Shown: positions 1 to 8,529 of the stretch, piece by piece | Numbering within the stretch: the first letter of the stretch is position 1 | Layout of the letters: the number at the start of each line of letters is the position of its first letter | Source: Promethearchaeota archaeon | GTDB lineage: Archaea > Asgardarchaeota > Lokiarchaeia > Sigyniarchaeales > SOKP01 | DNA: 22,812 bases | Direction of reading: 5' to 3' | NCBI GenBank assembly: GCA_016839745.1 | Contig: JAEOTS010000113.1 | Location: 1 to 22,812, forward strand | The notes under the pieces: generated by a model | Told to the model about the DNA's origin: nothing | The model's database searches: none | The model's input: the letters and a program-made list of their open reading frames with translations, nothing else | Position numbers and translations under genes: made by a program

Positions 1-297
1 ATCTCTGATAACATTTTCAGCCGGAAATTCTTTAATTTCTTTAGCGAGCTCTCCTAAAAATAACGGTTTCTTGCCTTTTAGTTTTTCAAGGACTAATTTC
101 CGCTCTGTTTCAGCGTCTATCATTGCATCAAGGATTTGGTAAAAATCGGTTTCAGAAAATTTACCAGCTTTCAATATTTCGTCTTTGGCTTCAAAAAAGG
201 CTCTAACTTGAAAGTTTCCTGAAGCTATATATGTAGCTTCCATTAAATCTGCAGGAGAAAATTCTTTAAATGATTTGTTTTTTACAGTTTGAACCAT
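1..297 (-). CDS. Partial CDS (N-terminal 99 aa, runs off the window start); third gene of the hdrA-mvhD operon, function uncertain, possibly an FrhB/FdhB-type partner
   Basis: Open frame from ATG at 297 to position 1: MVQTVKNKSFKEFSPADLMEATYIASGNFQVRAFFEAKDEILKAGKFSETDFYQILDAMIDAETERKLVLEKLKGKKPLFLGELAKEIKEFPAENVIRD. AGGT upstream. Not in the ORF track. The product guess rests on operon context only. Confidence 0.7.
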   Translation of the reverse strand, partial: MVQTVKNKSFKEFSPADLMEATYIASGNFQVRAFFEAKDEILKAGKFSETDFYQILDAMIDAETERKLVLEKLKGKKPLFLGELAKEIKEFPAENVIRD

Positions 298-356
298 ACT
301 TCATTCTCTTACCTATTTTTTATAAAAATTACATTAATTAACAAAAATTTTATTAC

Positions 357-429
357 ACTCCCTTTCCCTTGCGAGGCAAGTCATCCTACAACTACAATTT
401 TCTTGCAGGAATCATTCTACGGGAGGAGT
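357..429 (-). promoter_or_regulatory. Eukaryote-like SECIS element (selenocysteine insertion sequence)
   Basis: Minus strand 415->380 reads AUGA-U-UCCUGCAA-GAAAAUUGUAG-UUGUAGGA-U-GA-C. This gives an AUGA/GA core, an 8-bp helix with one G.U pair and an A-rich apical loop. A lower helix can form between ACUCCUCCC (429-421) and GGGAAAGGGAGU (368-357). It lies directly 3' of two genes with in-frame UGAs. Confidence 0.85.
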
Positions 430-846
430 TATTACATCCGCATACTTTATCGGATTGGATCCAGACCTCTTTATTTTTTCGTATGCATCCTCTACGCTTT
501 TAACTAGTTTATCTGCTTCTGCTCCGCTTAACCAATACATATTGATTCTTTGATTTCCGTAACCTCTTAAGTCAAGTATCCTATTAGCTAAATCAACATG
601 CCTTTGAGCGGTAAAATTACCTTGTTTGAACTCGCATTCATTTGGGCGTCAACCAACAACCATAACTCCGTCAGCTCCAGCTTTTATCCCATATAGAATA
701 TGCTTTACATCGATTCTTCCGGTACACTTTACTTTTATAATTTTGATTGATGCGGTATATTTCATTCGAGAAACTCCAGCTAAATCCGCCGCAGAATACC
801 CTCATTTCAAACAAGCAAACATTAGAATTTTAAATTCGTTCTCCAT
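412..846 (-). CDS. mvhD: Methyl-viologen-reducing hydrogenase delta subunit MvhD/VhuD, selenoprotein with 2 Sec (U15, U66), 144 aa
   Basis: Manual translation: MENEFKILMFACLKUGYSAADLAGVSRMKYTASIKIIKVKCTGRIDVKHILYGIKAGADGVMVVGURPNECEFKQGNF...GSNPIKYADVITPPVE*. TGA at 804-802 and 651-649 replaces the Cys of the MvhD CxxC and GCxxxxC motifs. SD AGGAGGT overlaps the hdrA 3' end. Confidence 0.93.
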
Positions 847-850
847 TTTT

Positions 851-2791
851 TTAACCTCCTTCCAACATTCCATCAATTTCAGTAAATAACTGATAATCTC
901 TAAAATATCTAATATCTATCGCGTTAGTCGGGCAACAACTAGCGCAGATTCCGCAGCCATCGCAATTAATTTCGTCTATAACCGCCGCTTCTTCACCTGT
1001 AACCGTTATTGCATTTTTAGGGCATACCTTTTCACATCTTCCACAGCTAATGCAAAGATCATTAGTAACTTCTGCAATAATTAGTTCAATGTCTATTTCT
1101 CCAGGAGCTGTTAATTCGGCTACCTTACTTGCGGCAGCTCTAGCTTGAGAAACAGAGTAGGCTATGTCTTTTGGACCTTGGGCGAACCCCGCAATGAAAA
1201 TTCCTTTAGTTTTAGTTTCTTGCGGCATTAATCCAAAGTGAGACTCTGTTAAAAATCCATTTCGATCAGAGTCTAAATTTAATATCCTAGAAATTTGCTC
1301 CGTACCTTTTGAAGGTAATGCAGCTGTTGATAATACTACTAAATCTGCGCTGATTTTTATGATTTCGTCAGTTAACGAAGAGTAAACTCGGATATTAACA
1401 TTCTTTGTGTCTGGATCTTCAGAAAATTCGCCTACTTTTCCTCGAATCATCCTAATGTCAGATTCTTTAGCTCTTTGATAATATTCTTCGAAACCCTTTT
1501 CGTTAGTCCTCATATCTATGTAACAAATAGTAATATTTGCGTTAGGGAATTCTTCTTTCAGCAATTTTCCATTTTTTAAGGCTAACATGCAGCAAACGCC
1601 GCTACAATAAGGTCTCTCAGTGTCCCGACTCCCCACACATTGAATAAACACTATTTCTTCAGGTTCTTTTGTATCCGATATTCTATGGGTATGACCTTCT
1701 AGAGGCCCATTTGGAGCTAGAATTCGTTCGAGCTGGCATTGAGTTATAACATTTTCAAATTCTCCGTATCCATACTCTCCGAACGGCTCGTAAATGTTCC
1801 ACCCCGTCGCTACAATGATTGTGCCTACTTTGAAAGTAACTTCTTCTGGTACCTGACTGAAGTCTATAGCGTCTAACTCGCAAGCTTCAACGCAACTAAA
1901 GCATTCAACGCACACATCACGATTAATATCGTACAAGAAGGGGACGGCTTGTCCAAATGCGATGTCTATAGCTCTTCTTGGTCCTAAGTGTTCGTCAAAG
2001 TAATTGGAAGTGATTATCGGACAAACTTCCGTACACGCTCCACATCCATTACAATCGTTGTTTACATATCTAGGCTTCTTTTCAACTTTCACATCGTAAT
2101 TTCCTACGAATCCATCCACTTTTTTCACGTCGCTATAACTTAGAATTTCTATATTTTCGTTCCGATTAACTTCGAGCATAACGGGACCGCAGATTCATAT
2201 CGAACAATCGTCGGTAGGAAATGTTCTATCTAATTGGGCCATTCTACCTCCTATAGTAGTTTTACTCTCGACTAAATACACTTTGATCCCTTCGTTTGCG
2301 AGGTCCAATGCAGCGTTCATTCCAGCAATCCCCCCACCTACTATCATTGTGGCTTTTTCAACGGGGACCGTTCTGACTGGAACAGCTTCTAAAGTTTTTG
2401 CTCTATTTACTCCGCTAGTAACGAGGATTTTAGCTTTATTTAGTGCATCTTCACTATCTTCTGTACACCAAGAACAATGCTCTCTTACATTTACCATTTG
2501 AAAATGGTAAGGATTTAAGCCCGTTTTAGAAATAGAGGCCCTATAAATTGGTTCGTGAGTCCTAGGTGTTCAAGCAGACGCCACTATACAATCAAGGTTT
2601 TTTTCGTTAATATCGTTAATTATTTCTTGTTGTCCACCCTCTGTTCACAGAAAAGCATGAGTTTTAGATATCACAACATCGTCTAAGCCTTTTGCATAAT
2701 CTACTAGTTTATCGCAATCTACTTTTCTCTTAATGTTAATTCCTCACTGGCAAGCATAGTATCCAATCCGATGATTTTCAGATTTTTCCAT
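851..2791 (-). CDS. hdrA: Heterodisulfide reductase subunit A, selenoprotein with 4 Sec (U16, U49, U74, U199), 646 aa
   Basis: ATG at 2791 (SD GAGGTG upstream) is in frame with track ORFs 2195-2497 and 851-2179. In-frame TGAs at 2746-2744 (ACQUGINI), 2647-2645 (FLUTEGGQ), 2572-2570 (SAUTPRTHEP) and 2197-2195 (TFPTDDCSIUICGP) match HdrA motifs CHCGxNI, MCSxxGQ, ACSPRxHE and TFPTxDCSxCI. Also present: GGGIAG FAD motif, CVGSR...YCSGVCC, and four CxxCxxCxxxC ferredoxin motifs. Confidence 0.95.
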
Positions 2792-3106
2792 TTTCTTTCT
2801 TACTCCACCTCAATTTTTACAATTATGTCTATTCTTTCTGTACTAAATTCAATTTCGTCCTTTATCATTTTCCGACACTCTAAACGAAATTATATCAAAA
2901 AACTTACTTTTTTTTAATGATTTTTTATTTAAATTCTTATTTATTTAAGTTTTTATGTTATATATTATATTTTCTTCTATTTAACGATATAAGTAAAAGC
3001 TAAAAATCAAATTAGTGCTATAATTTGAAATAATTTACTCTTCGATCTATAAAAAAATACCGCTCCTACATAAGAAAGGCACTAAATTCTAATCTAAGAT
3101 GCTTTT

Positions 3107-4249
3107 CTAAACTTGTTGAATTTGCTTCATAGATTGTATTTCAAACTTTCGCTCGACTAAATCTTTTGTCAAATCTTCTAACTTTTCAATTTTTCTTTCT
3201 AATAGGTCTATTTTATTAAAATTCGCTGCTAGGATTTTTCTTATCAGTTTATTTTCTGATACTGTAAACGCTCCAGCCTTTTTTCTAAAAAACTTATATC
3301 TCCGATAGTGATCCGATCTTTTTAAAAGATTCAATCGTATCATCCATTTAATAGCGGGCATAAAATATTTTTTAGGACCAATTTTCCTTTTTACCTCGCC
3401 ATAATAATCTTCAAGCGTATGTTGTTGGTAATTTAGGAGGTTTTGAGATTTGGTGGTATTCATATAGCCACAGTGGAAGTCCTTTTCAGCGAATCCTTCT
3501 TCAGGAAGAAAATTTCTACCTAACCCAAAAATATCCATCATATCGTTAAGATAGTCTCGATAGGTTATTCTACATTGTTTACCACCGGCTAAATTGAATA
3601 TTTCGCCCCATACTTCATCACATCCGATCGAATTGACTAAAGCTAGCCCAACATCTTTAGTATCACAGATTTCGATAGAAGTATCTAATGGCATGTGAAA
3701 CATTAGAGGATCCATATTAAGTTTATCGATAGATGTTATATAGGTTAATCTAAATATTGCGAAATCTACACCTGATTCTCTAATCAACTTTTCAGCAGAG
3801 ATTTTAGTTATAGCATAATAATCTCCTTTACTGGGAGCAACTGGATCACTAACTTCTATCATTGGATTGTATCGTCGATCTCCGTAAACAGCCACAGATG
3901 ATGTAAAGATTAATTTAGATTTCTGCACCTGTTTTTTAATAGCTTCAAGTATGTTTTTGGTTCCTCCAACATTTACAGATTCAGCCAAGCTAGGATTCGT
4001 ATCTGCCAATGGTGGAATAATCGCAGCCAGATGGATTACTATGTCTTGATTCTGGACAGCAGTAGTCACATCTTCCTTATTTCTAAGGTCACCCCAAATA
4101 ATCTCTATTTTATTTTTGAATTGTTTAGCAATTTTTCTGTTTTTTCTATTGTATACTTCAAAAACTCTGACTTCATAATTTTTATTTAGTAATTCATTTA
4201 AGGTGCTTAATCCTACATTCCCAAAAGCACCTGTTAATAATATTTTCAT
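3107..4249 (-). CDS. NAD-dependent epimerase/dehydratase (extended SDR) with C-terminal coiled-coil-like tail
   Basis: TGAFGNVG Rossmann motif, HLAA, VNVGGT, SSVAVYG and catalytic YAITK (YxxxK). Confidence 0.9.
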   Translation of the reverse strand: MKILLTGAFGNVGLSTLNELLNKNYEVRVFEVYNRKNRKIAKQFKNKIEIIWGDLRNKEDVTTAVQNQDIVIHLAAIIPPLADTNPSLAESVNVGGTKNILEAIKKQVQKSKLIFTSSVAVYGDRRYNPMIEVSDPVAPSKGDYYAITKISAEKLIRESGVDFAIFRLTYITSIDKLNMDPLMFHMPLDTSIEICDTKDVGLALVNSIGCDEVWGEIFNLAGGKQCRITYRDYLNDMMDIFGLGRNFLPEEGFAEKDFHCGYMNTTKSQNLLNYQQHTLEDYYGEVKRKIGPKKYFMPAIKWMIRLNLLKRSDHYRRYKFFRKKAGAFTVSENKLIRKILAANFNKIDLLERKIEKLEDLTKDLVERKFEIQSMKQIQQV

Positions 4250-4328
4250 ATTTTTTTCCTCATTTAATTCACAATACTGTTATTAGACCCTAATATAATA
4301 GAATCAATCCTTACTAAATAGTCGAATG

Positions 4329-4342
4329 GTTGCGATCGCAAC
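4329..4342. promoter_or_regulatory. Perfect 14-bp palindrome GTTGCGATCGCAAC, candidate operator
   Basis: Self-complementary, GC-rich site in the AT-rich gap between the divergent SDR and HTH-regulator genes. Confidence 0.5.
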
Positions 4343-4405
4343 ATATAATAGATAATGCTTATTTTACAAAGTATATATAAAAATTATTAATTCAGCTAAA
4401 TTCTA

Positions 4406-5086
4406 ATGAAAATTATACGATTACAAATACCGGGCAATTTTCTAAAACATGTAGGGTTTGCGGATTTGTTTCAACATCTTGAATTTATAGAAATTTTAAA
4501 CGCGTTCCAATACGACCAAAATCACTTTTTTGCTCTTCAGAGGATAAGGTTTAAACCAAATATTATTAAAGAGCTGGAGAAATACATTAAAAAAGAATTT
4601 AAGCCTCAATCTTTCCAGTTATTAAATCAGACTCGGAATGAAATTATTTGCATTATGAATCAGAATAAAACCTCTGGATTCTTTCCGATTGTCGACTCAG
4701 GTCCATGGGCGTTTCTTTTTCCTATTCACGTTTCTCAAGAGGTTCTCTTAATCAATATTATCTCTCAAAACGAATATGTCAATAAATTATTCGATGTTAT
4801 TAATTCATTTACTGAGAAGTATGAAATCGTAGGAATGACTGATTTGGATAAAATAGATGAAGTCGATCAAACAATATGGAGGTCGGCAATTCCATTTCCC
4901 AATTTTACGAAGAGACAGCAAGAAGTCGCTGCATATGCGGCTAAAGAAGGATTTTTTAAAACACCAAAAAAGATAAGTGCGCTTCGAATAGGTACTCATT
5001 TTGGAATATCAGAATCAGCTGTAAATAGACTTTTAAAAACTGCCAAAAATTTAGCTATGGAATATTTTTTTGGATCATTTATGTAA
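4406..5086 (+). CDS. Transcriptional regulator with C-terminal bacterio-opsin-activator-type HTH (HTH_10-like)
   Basis: C-terminus FTKRQQEVAAYAAKEGFFKTPKKIS...FGISESAVNRLLKTA matches the LTxRQxExL..A...GYFxxPR...LGIS...V...LRxA pattern. Confidence 0.82.
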   Translation: MKIIRLQIPGNFLKHVGFADLFQHLEFIEILNAFQYDQNHFFALQRIRFKPNIIKELEKYIKKEFKPQSFQLLNQTRNEIICIMNQNKTSGFFPIVDSGPWAFLFPIHVSQEVLLINIISQNEYVNKLFDVINSFTEKYEIVGMTDLDKIDEVDQTIWRSAIPFPNFTKRQQEVAAYAAKEGFFKTPKKISALRIGTHFGISESAVNRLLKTAKNLAMEYFFGSFM

Positions 5087-5232
5087 AATAAATGTTGGAA
5101 AATGTCAAAGATTTGAGCAATTTTAATTTAAAACATATATTATTTTGAAAATATTTTTATAAGCGTATAACCTAATAATTAAAATAATTAAAATAATTTA
5201 ATTAGCGTTCAAAAAGGGCTTTTTAGATACTC

Positions 5233-6846
5233 ATGTCAGATCCAAAACTTTCGCCTCAAGATATATACGATAAAAGGGAAGAATTTGGATTAGAAAATTC
5301 AGTTGAAATGCTAACAGATATTATTGAAACTGAAAAGGATAACAACAGAAGGAAGGAAGCAGTTAAATTTCTGGGCGGTATTGGTAATTATATTCCCCGA
5401 TTAAAGAATGAATGCTTCACGACTATAGAAAACGTTCTAATATCTGAGGACAAGATTGATCTTAAATGTGAAGCTGCAAAAGCTTTAGGAAAACTAAAAA
5501 ACGATAAAGCATTGAAGCCACTAAAGTGGTTGCTGGAACAAAAACTTGATAATGTGGAACTACGATTAGCTACTTTAAAAGCTATAATGAAAATCAAGTT
5601 CGAAGTGCCCCAGATAAATGTATTTATCAAGGAATTAGACTCTAGTTATAATACTGTCAGAGAATTTGTAAGAAATCACCTCGTTGGAATTGAGCCGGAA
5701 ATTCTAATAAAATTTTTATTAGCATATCTAAAAAATGTAGACATTTCGAATGAACACAAAACTGAAATTATTAAACTAATTGGATACGAGCTGTCTAGCA
5801 TTAATATAGCATTTCAGGACATGAATTATATAAAAGTTAAGTATCCAGAACTAATCTCTAAACTATATAAAGATAAAGCTGTACTTTTAGAGGAAATTAC
5901 GAGAACTTTAAGAGAAGAGGATACTGAGCTACTAAATTCTGCAGTTTCAATTTTAATATTGTTGAGCCCTGAAATTAACAAGGATGTAATCAAATTATTA
6001 CTGAGCGACGATTTTATCGTTAGGAAAAATGCTATCATACTTATCGGGAAATTGAAGTTAAGGGACGCCGTAGACACTCTAATTACAGGTCTAGATAACA
6101 TTTATAGTGAGGTAAGCGTAGCTACGATCGAAGCATTAGGAGAAATTGGTGATCTTTCAGCCGTCCCTGAACTACTCGAAGTATTAAACGTAGAAGATAT
6201 AAGTTTCGAATACACCGATATTGATATGAAATTTTATATCATGGATGCAGTTAAAAAGATTTATTCTGCTAATAAAGACGCTGACTTTAGCATTTTATTC
6301 TCACATTTAAATTCGGATAGCGACACTCTGAAAGAAAGTGTTGCGTTTATTTTGGGTGAAATTGGAAGTGAGGAGTCTACCAAACCTTTAATCAATTTGC
6401 TAAAGATTAGAACCTTAGATGTAAAAAAGAATGCGATTATTGCTTTAGGAAAAATAGGAACCGTAGAACCGATTCGTAATCTAATTGAAATATTAGAGGA
6501 TTCTGAGTCCTACTGGCTTATAAAAAAAGTTGCGGTAGACGCTATTTACAACATCTTTCAAAGAAATTGGTATCGAGTTAGAGGTAAAGATGAGTATTTA
6601 GAACGCATGTTAAATAAGTATATAGCAACCTTAATAGATTATTTAAAACAGAGTGAGACCGAAAATACAAAAGTTAAGGTAAGTTTAATAAAATTTCTGG
6701 AGATTTATGGGGAGGAATCTGCTTTAGGTGCCTTGCTTTCAAGAGTAAACGATTTCCCTAGAATTATAAGGATACACGCTAGCAATGCAATTAAGAAGAT
6801 CGAAGATAAGATAGAAGAAAGGTTAGGTCTCAATAACGTTGACTAA
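5233..6846 (+). CDS. HEAT-repeat (PBS-lyase-like) alpha-solenoid protein
   Basis: Recurring units KCEAAKALGKL, VRKNAIILIGKL, TIEALGEIGD, SVAFILGEIGS, VKKNAIIALGKIG. Confidence 0.88.
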   Translation: MSDPKLSPQDIYDKREEFGLENSVEMLTDIIETEKDNNRRKEAVKFLGGIGNYIPRLKNECFTTIENVLISEDKIDLKCEAAKALGKLKNDKALKPLKWLLEQKLDNVELRLATLKAIMKIKFEVPQINVFIKELDSSYNTVREFVRNHLVGIEPEILIKFLLAYLKNVDISNEHKTEIIKLIGYELSSINIAFQDMNYIKVKYPELISKLYKDKAVLLEEITRTLREEDTELLNSAVSILILLSPEINKDVIKLLLSDDFIVRKNAIILIGKLKLRDAVDTLITGLDNIYSEVSVATIEALGEIGDLSAVPELLEVLNVEDISFEYTDIDMKFYIMDAVKKIYSANKDADFSILFSHLNSDSDTLKESVAFILGEIGSEESTKPLINLLKIRTLDVKKNAIIALGKIGTVEPIRNLIEILEDSESYWLIKKVAVDAIYNIFQRNWYRVRGKDEYLERMLNKYIATLIDYLKQSETENTKVKVSLIKFLEIYGEESALGALLSRVNDFPRIIRIHASNAIKKIEDKIEERLGLNNVD

Positions 6847-6968
6847 AAAGTCGAGAACCTATTGCTTGTTACTTTTTAAGTAAATTTTAATAAATGTAAT
6901 CCATATCCTTACATAGTTTTCAAATTATCAAATTAGGCTAATATAAACTTTTTAATGATTTACTAACT

Positions 6969-8468
6969 ATGACTGAAAATCCAACTGAACCAGAGCCGGA
7001 ATCCACTCAATATGACTATTCTTTTGATTACATTCAAAAGAAACTTGAGGGGAAAAAGGATTCCTATGGAATGTTAATGAAGGAGATTATTCGGGCGGGT
7101 ATCTGTACTGAATGTGGAACTTGTGCTGCAGTATGTCCAGTGCTCGAATGGGATCATTTAGCGGGACAACCTAAATTAATTGGAAAATGCACTGGTTGTG
7201 GAATTTGTTATAATCAGTGTCCCCGAACTATTACTGACCCTATTCAACTGATGGGCGAATTTAAAACCGGATATGTATCAAATACCAATATTCCAGAAGT
7301 TATTGGAGCCCAAGATGGAGGGACGGTAACTTCATTGCTAAGTTATCTATTCGACGAACATCTTATCGATGCCGCAATTGTTTCAATGAAGGATCCTGAT
7401 AATCCTTGGCATCCCGTCGCACAAATTATAACTAATAAAGACGACGCAATTAAAGCATCCGGTTCTATTTATTGCCATTCTCAAACAGTAGAAGCTCTAA
7501 TGGATGCAATACGACAAGATTATCGATCGATAGCATTTGTTGGGACTCCTTGCAATATCGATGCCGTTGATAAAATGACGAGTTCTCCATCAGGTATGTT
7601 GAAATATTTCATGCGAGCTCACATCCTCAAAATTGGTTTGTTCTGTATGGACTCGTTTGCTCCTGAAGCACTTTATCCATTTTTTGAAAAAGACGGGATA
7701 GATTTATCAAAAGTAGTAAAAATGGACATCAATAAGGGAAAGTTTCATATATATTACGATCACGATGGAGAACCGGTAAAATCATATACGATCAAACAAT
7801 TAGACAAATTCAAATCGTCCAGTTGTAATTTTTGTACGGATTTAACTGCCGAGAACGCAGACATCTCTATTGGTTCAGTAGGAAGCGGCGCTAAGAAAAA
7901 TACTGCTTTTGCAAGGACGGGAATTGGGGCAGAAATTATAGAAGACGCTGCCAAAAAGGGATATCTTGAGATTGAACCATATAACGCAATAAATTTAAAC
8001 GCTGTTTTGTTTTTAGCGAAACTTAAAAAAGTATCTCAATACAACATTCAAAAAAGGAAAGTCTTTATTGTTAGAGAACCCAGTGTAATCGAAGAGCCCA
8101 AAATTGAATCGAAACCAGAGGAAGAACAAGCAATTGCAAAACCTCTAGGATCTAGAAAATTTTTAAGTGTTTCAAAGGATATTGATGAAGAAGAAAAACT
8201 CTTAAAAATAACATTAACCAATTCTGTTGGATATCTACTGGAAGATCTTAAGATCAGGATTGTTATTGTCGAAGAACTATTTGAGAAGAAACCTTGGATA
8301 ACAGCAATAAGAGAGTTGTTTCCGTATGAGTCTATAGATATAGGTTATCCCTTAGAAACTGTGGATAATGAAATTGTCTACCCTAATGTGTTAGTAGAAG
8401 CATCGACTGAAAAGTATGGCAAAGTATTCTCAAGAACGTTTAAATTAGCCCCAAAAGAAGAAAAATAA
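6969..8468 (+). CDS. Coenzyme F420 hydrogenase/dehydrogenase beta-subunit (FrhB/FdhB) family protein with N-terminal 2x[4Fe-4S] ferredoxin and an extra C-terminal domain
   Basis: CTECGTCAAVCP and CTGCGICYNQCP, plus FrhB motifs AQDGGTVTSLL, VGTPCNIDAV, IGLFCMDSF and CNFCTDLTAENADISIGSVG. About 130 aa extra at the C-terminus. Confidence 0.9.
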   Translation: MTENPTEPEPESTQYDYSFDYIQKKLEGKKDSYGMLMKEIIRAGICTECGTCAAVCPVLEWDHLAGQPKLIGKCTGCGICYNQCPRTITDPIQLMGEFKTGYVSNTNIPEVIGAQDGGTVTSLLSYLFDEHLIDAAIVSMKDPDNPWHPVAQIITNKDDAIKASGSIYCHSQTVEALMDAIRQDYRSIAFVGTPCNIDAVDKMTSSPSGMLKYFMRAHILKIGLFCMDSFAPEALYPFFEKDGIDLSKVVKMDINKGKFHIYYDHDGEPVKSYTIKQLDKFKSSSCNFCTDLTAENADISIGSVGSGAKKNTAFARTGIGAEIIEDAAKKGYLEIEPYNAINLNAVLFLAKLKKVSQYNIQKRKVFIVREPSVIEEPKIESKPEEEQAIAKPLGSRKFLSVSKDIDEEEKLLKITLTNSVGYLLEDLKIRIVIVEELFEKKPWITAIRELFPYESIDIGYPLETVDNEIVYPNVLVEASTEKYGKVFSRTFKLAPKEEK

Positions 8469-8529
8469 GTTTTAATGTTATAAAGAACTTAATTAGATGG
8501 ATAAATATAAAAAAATTTAACAAAATAAG

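Noticed and set aside
221-240. Inverted repeat GAAGCTA-TATATG-TAGCTTC
   Set aside because: Short, inside coding sequence and single-copy; plausibly chance.
255-305. Second SECIS candidate starting at AUGA near 304 on the minus strand
   Set aside because: Only a weak AUGGUU/AAUCAU stem, no correctly placed 3' GA, and it overlaps the next gene start.
289-889. Plus-strand ORFs 289-507 and 626-889
   Set aside because: Antisense shadows of mvhD and the SECIS region; no recognisable motifs.
851-2497. Track ORFs 851-2179 and 2195-2497 as separate genes
   Set aside because: Both are in frame and are parts of one HdrA interrupted by Sec codons.
412-2791. hdrA/mvhD as pseudogenes, or a UGA=Trp/Cys genetic code
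   Set aside because: All six internal stops are TGA at conserved Cys sites with no frameshifts. Trp uses TGG, other Cys use TGT/TGC, TGA still ends the GNAT gene, and a SECIS is present.
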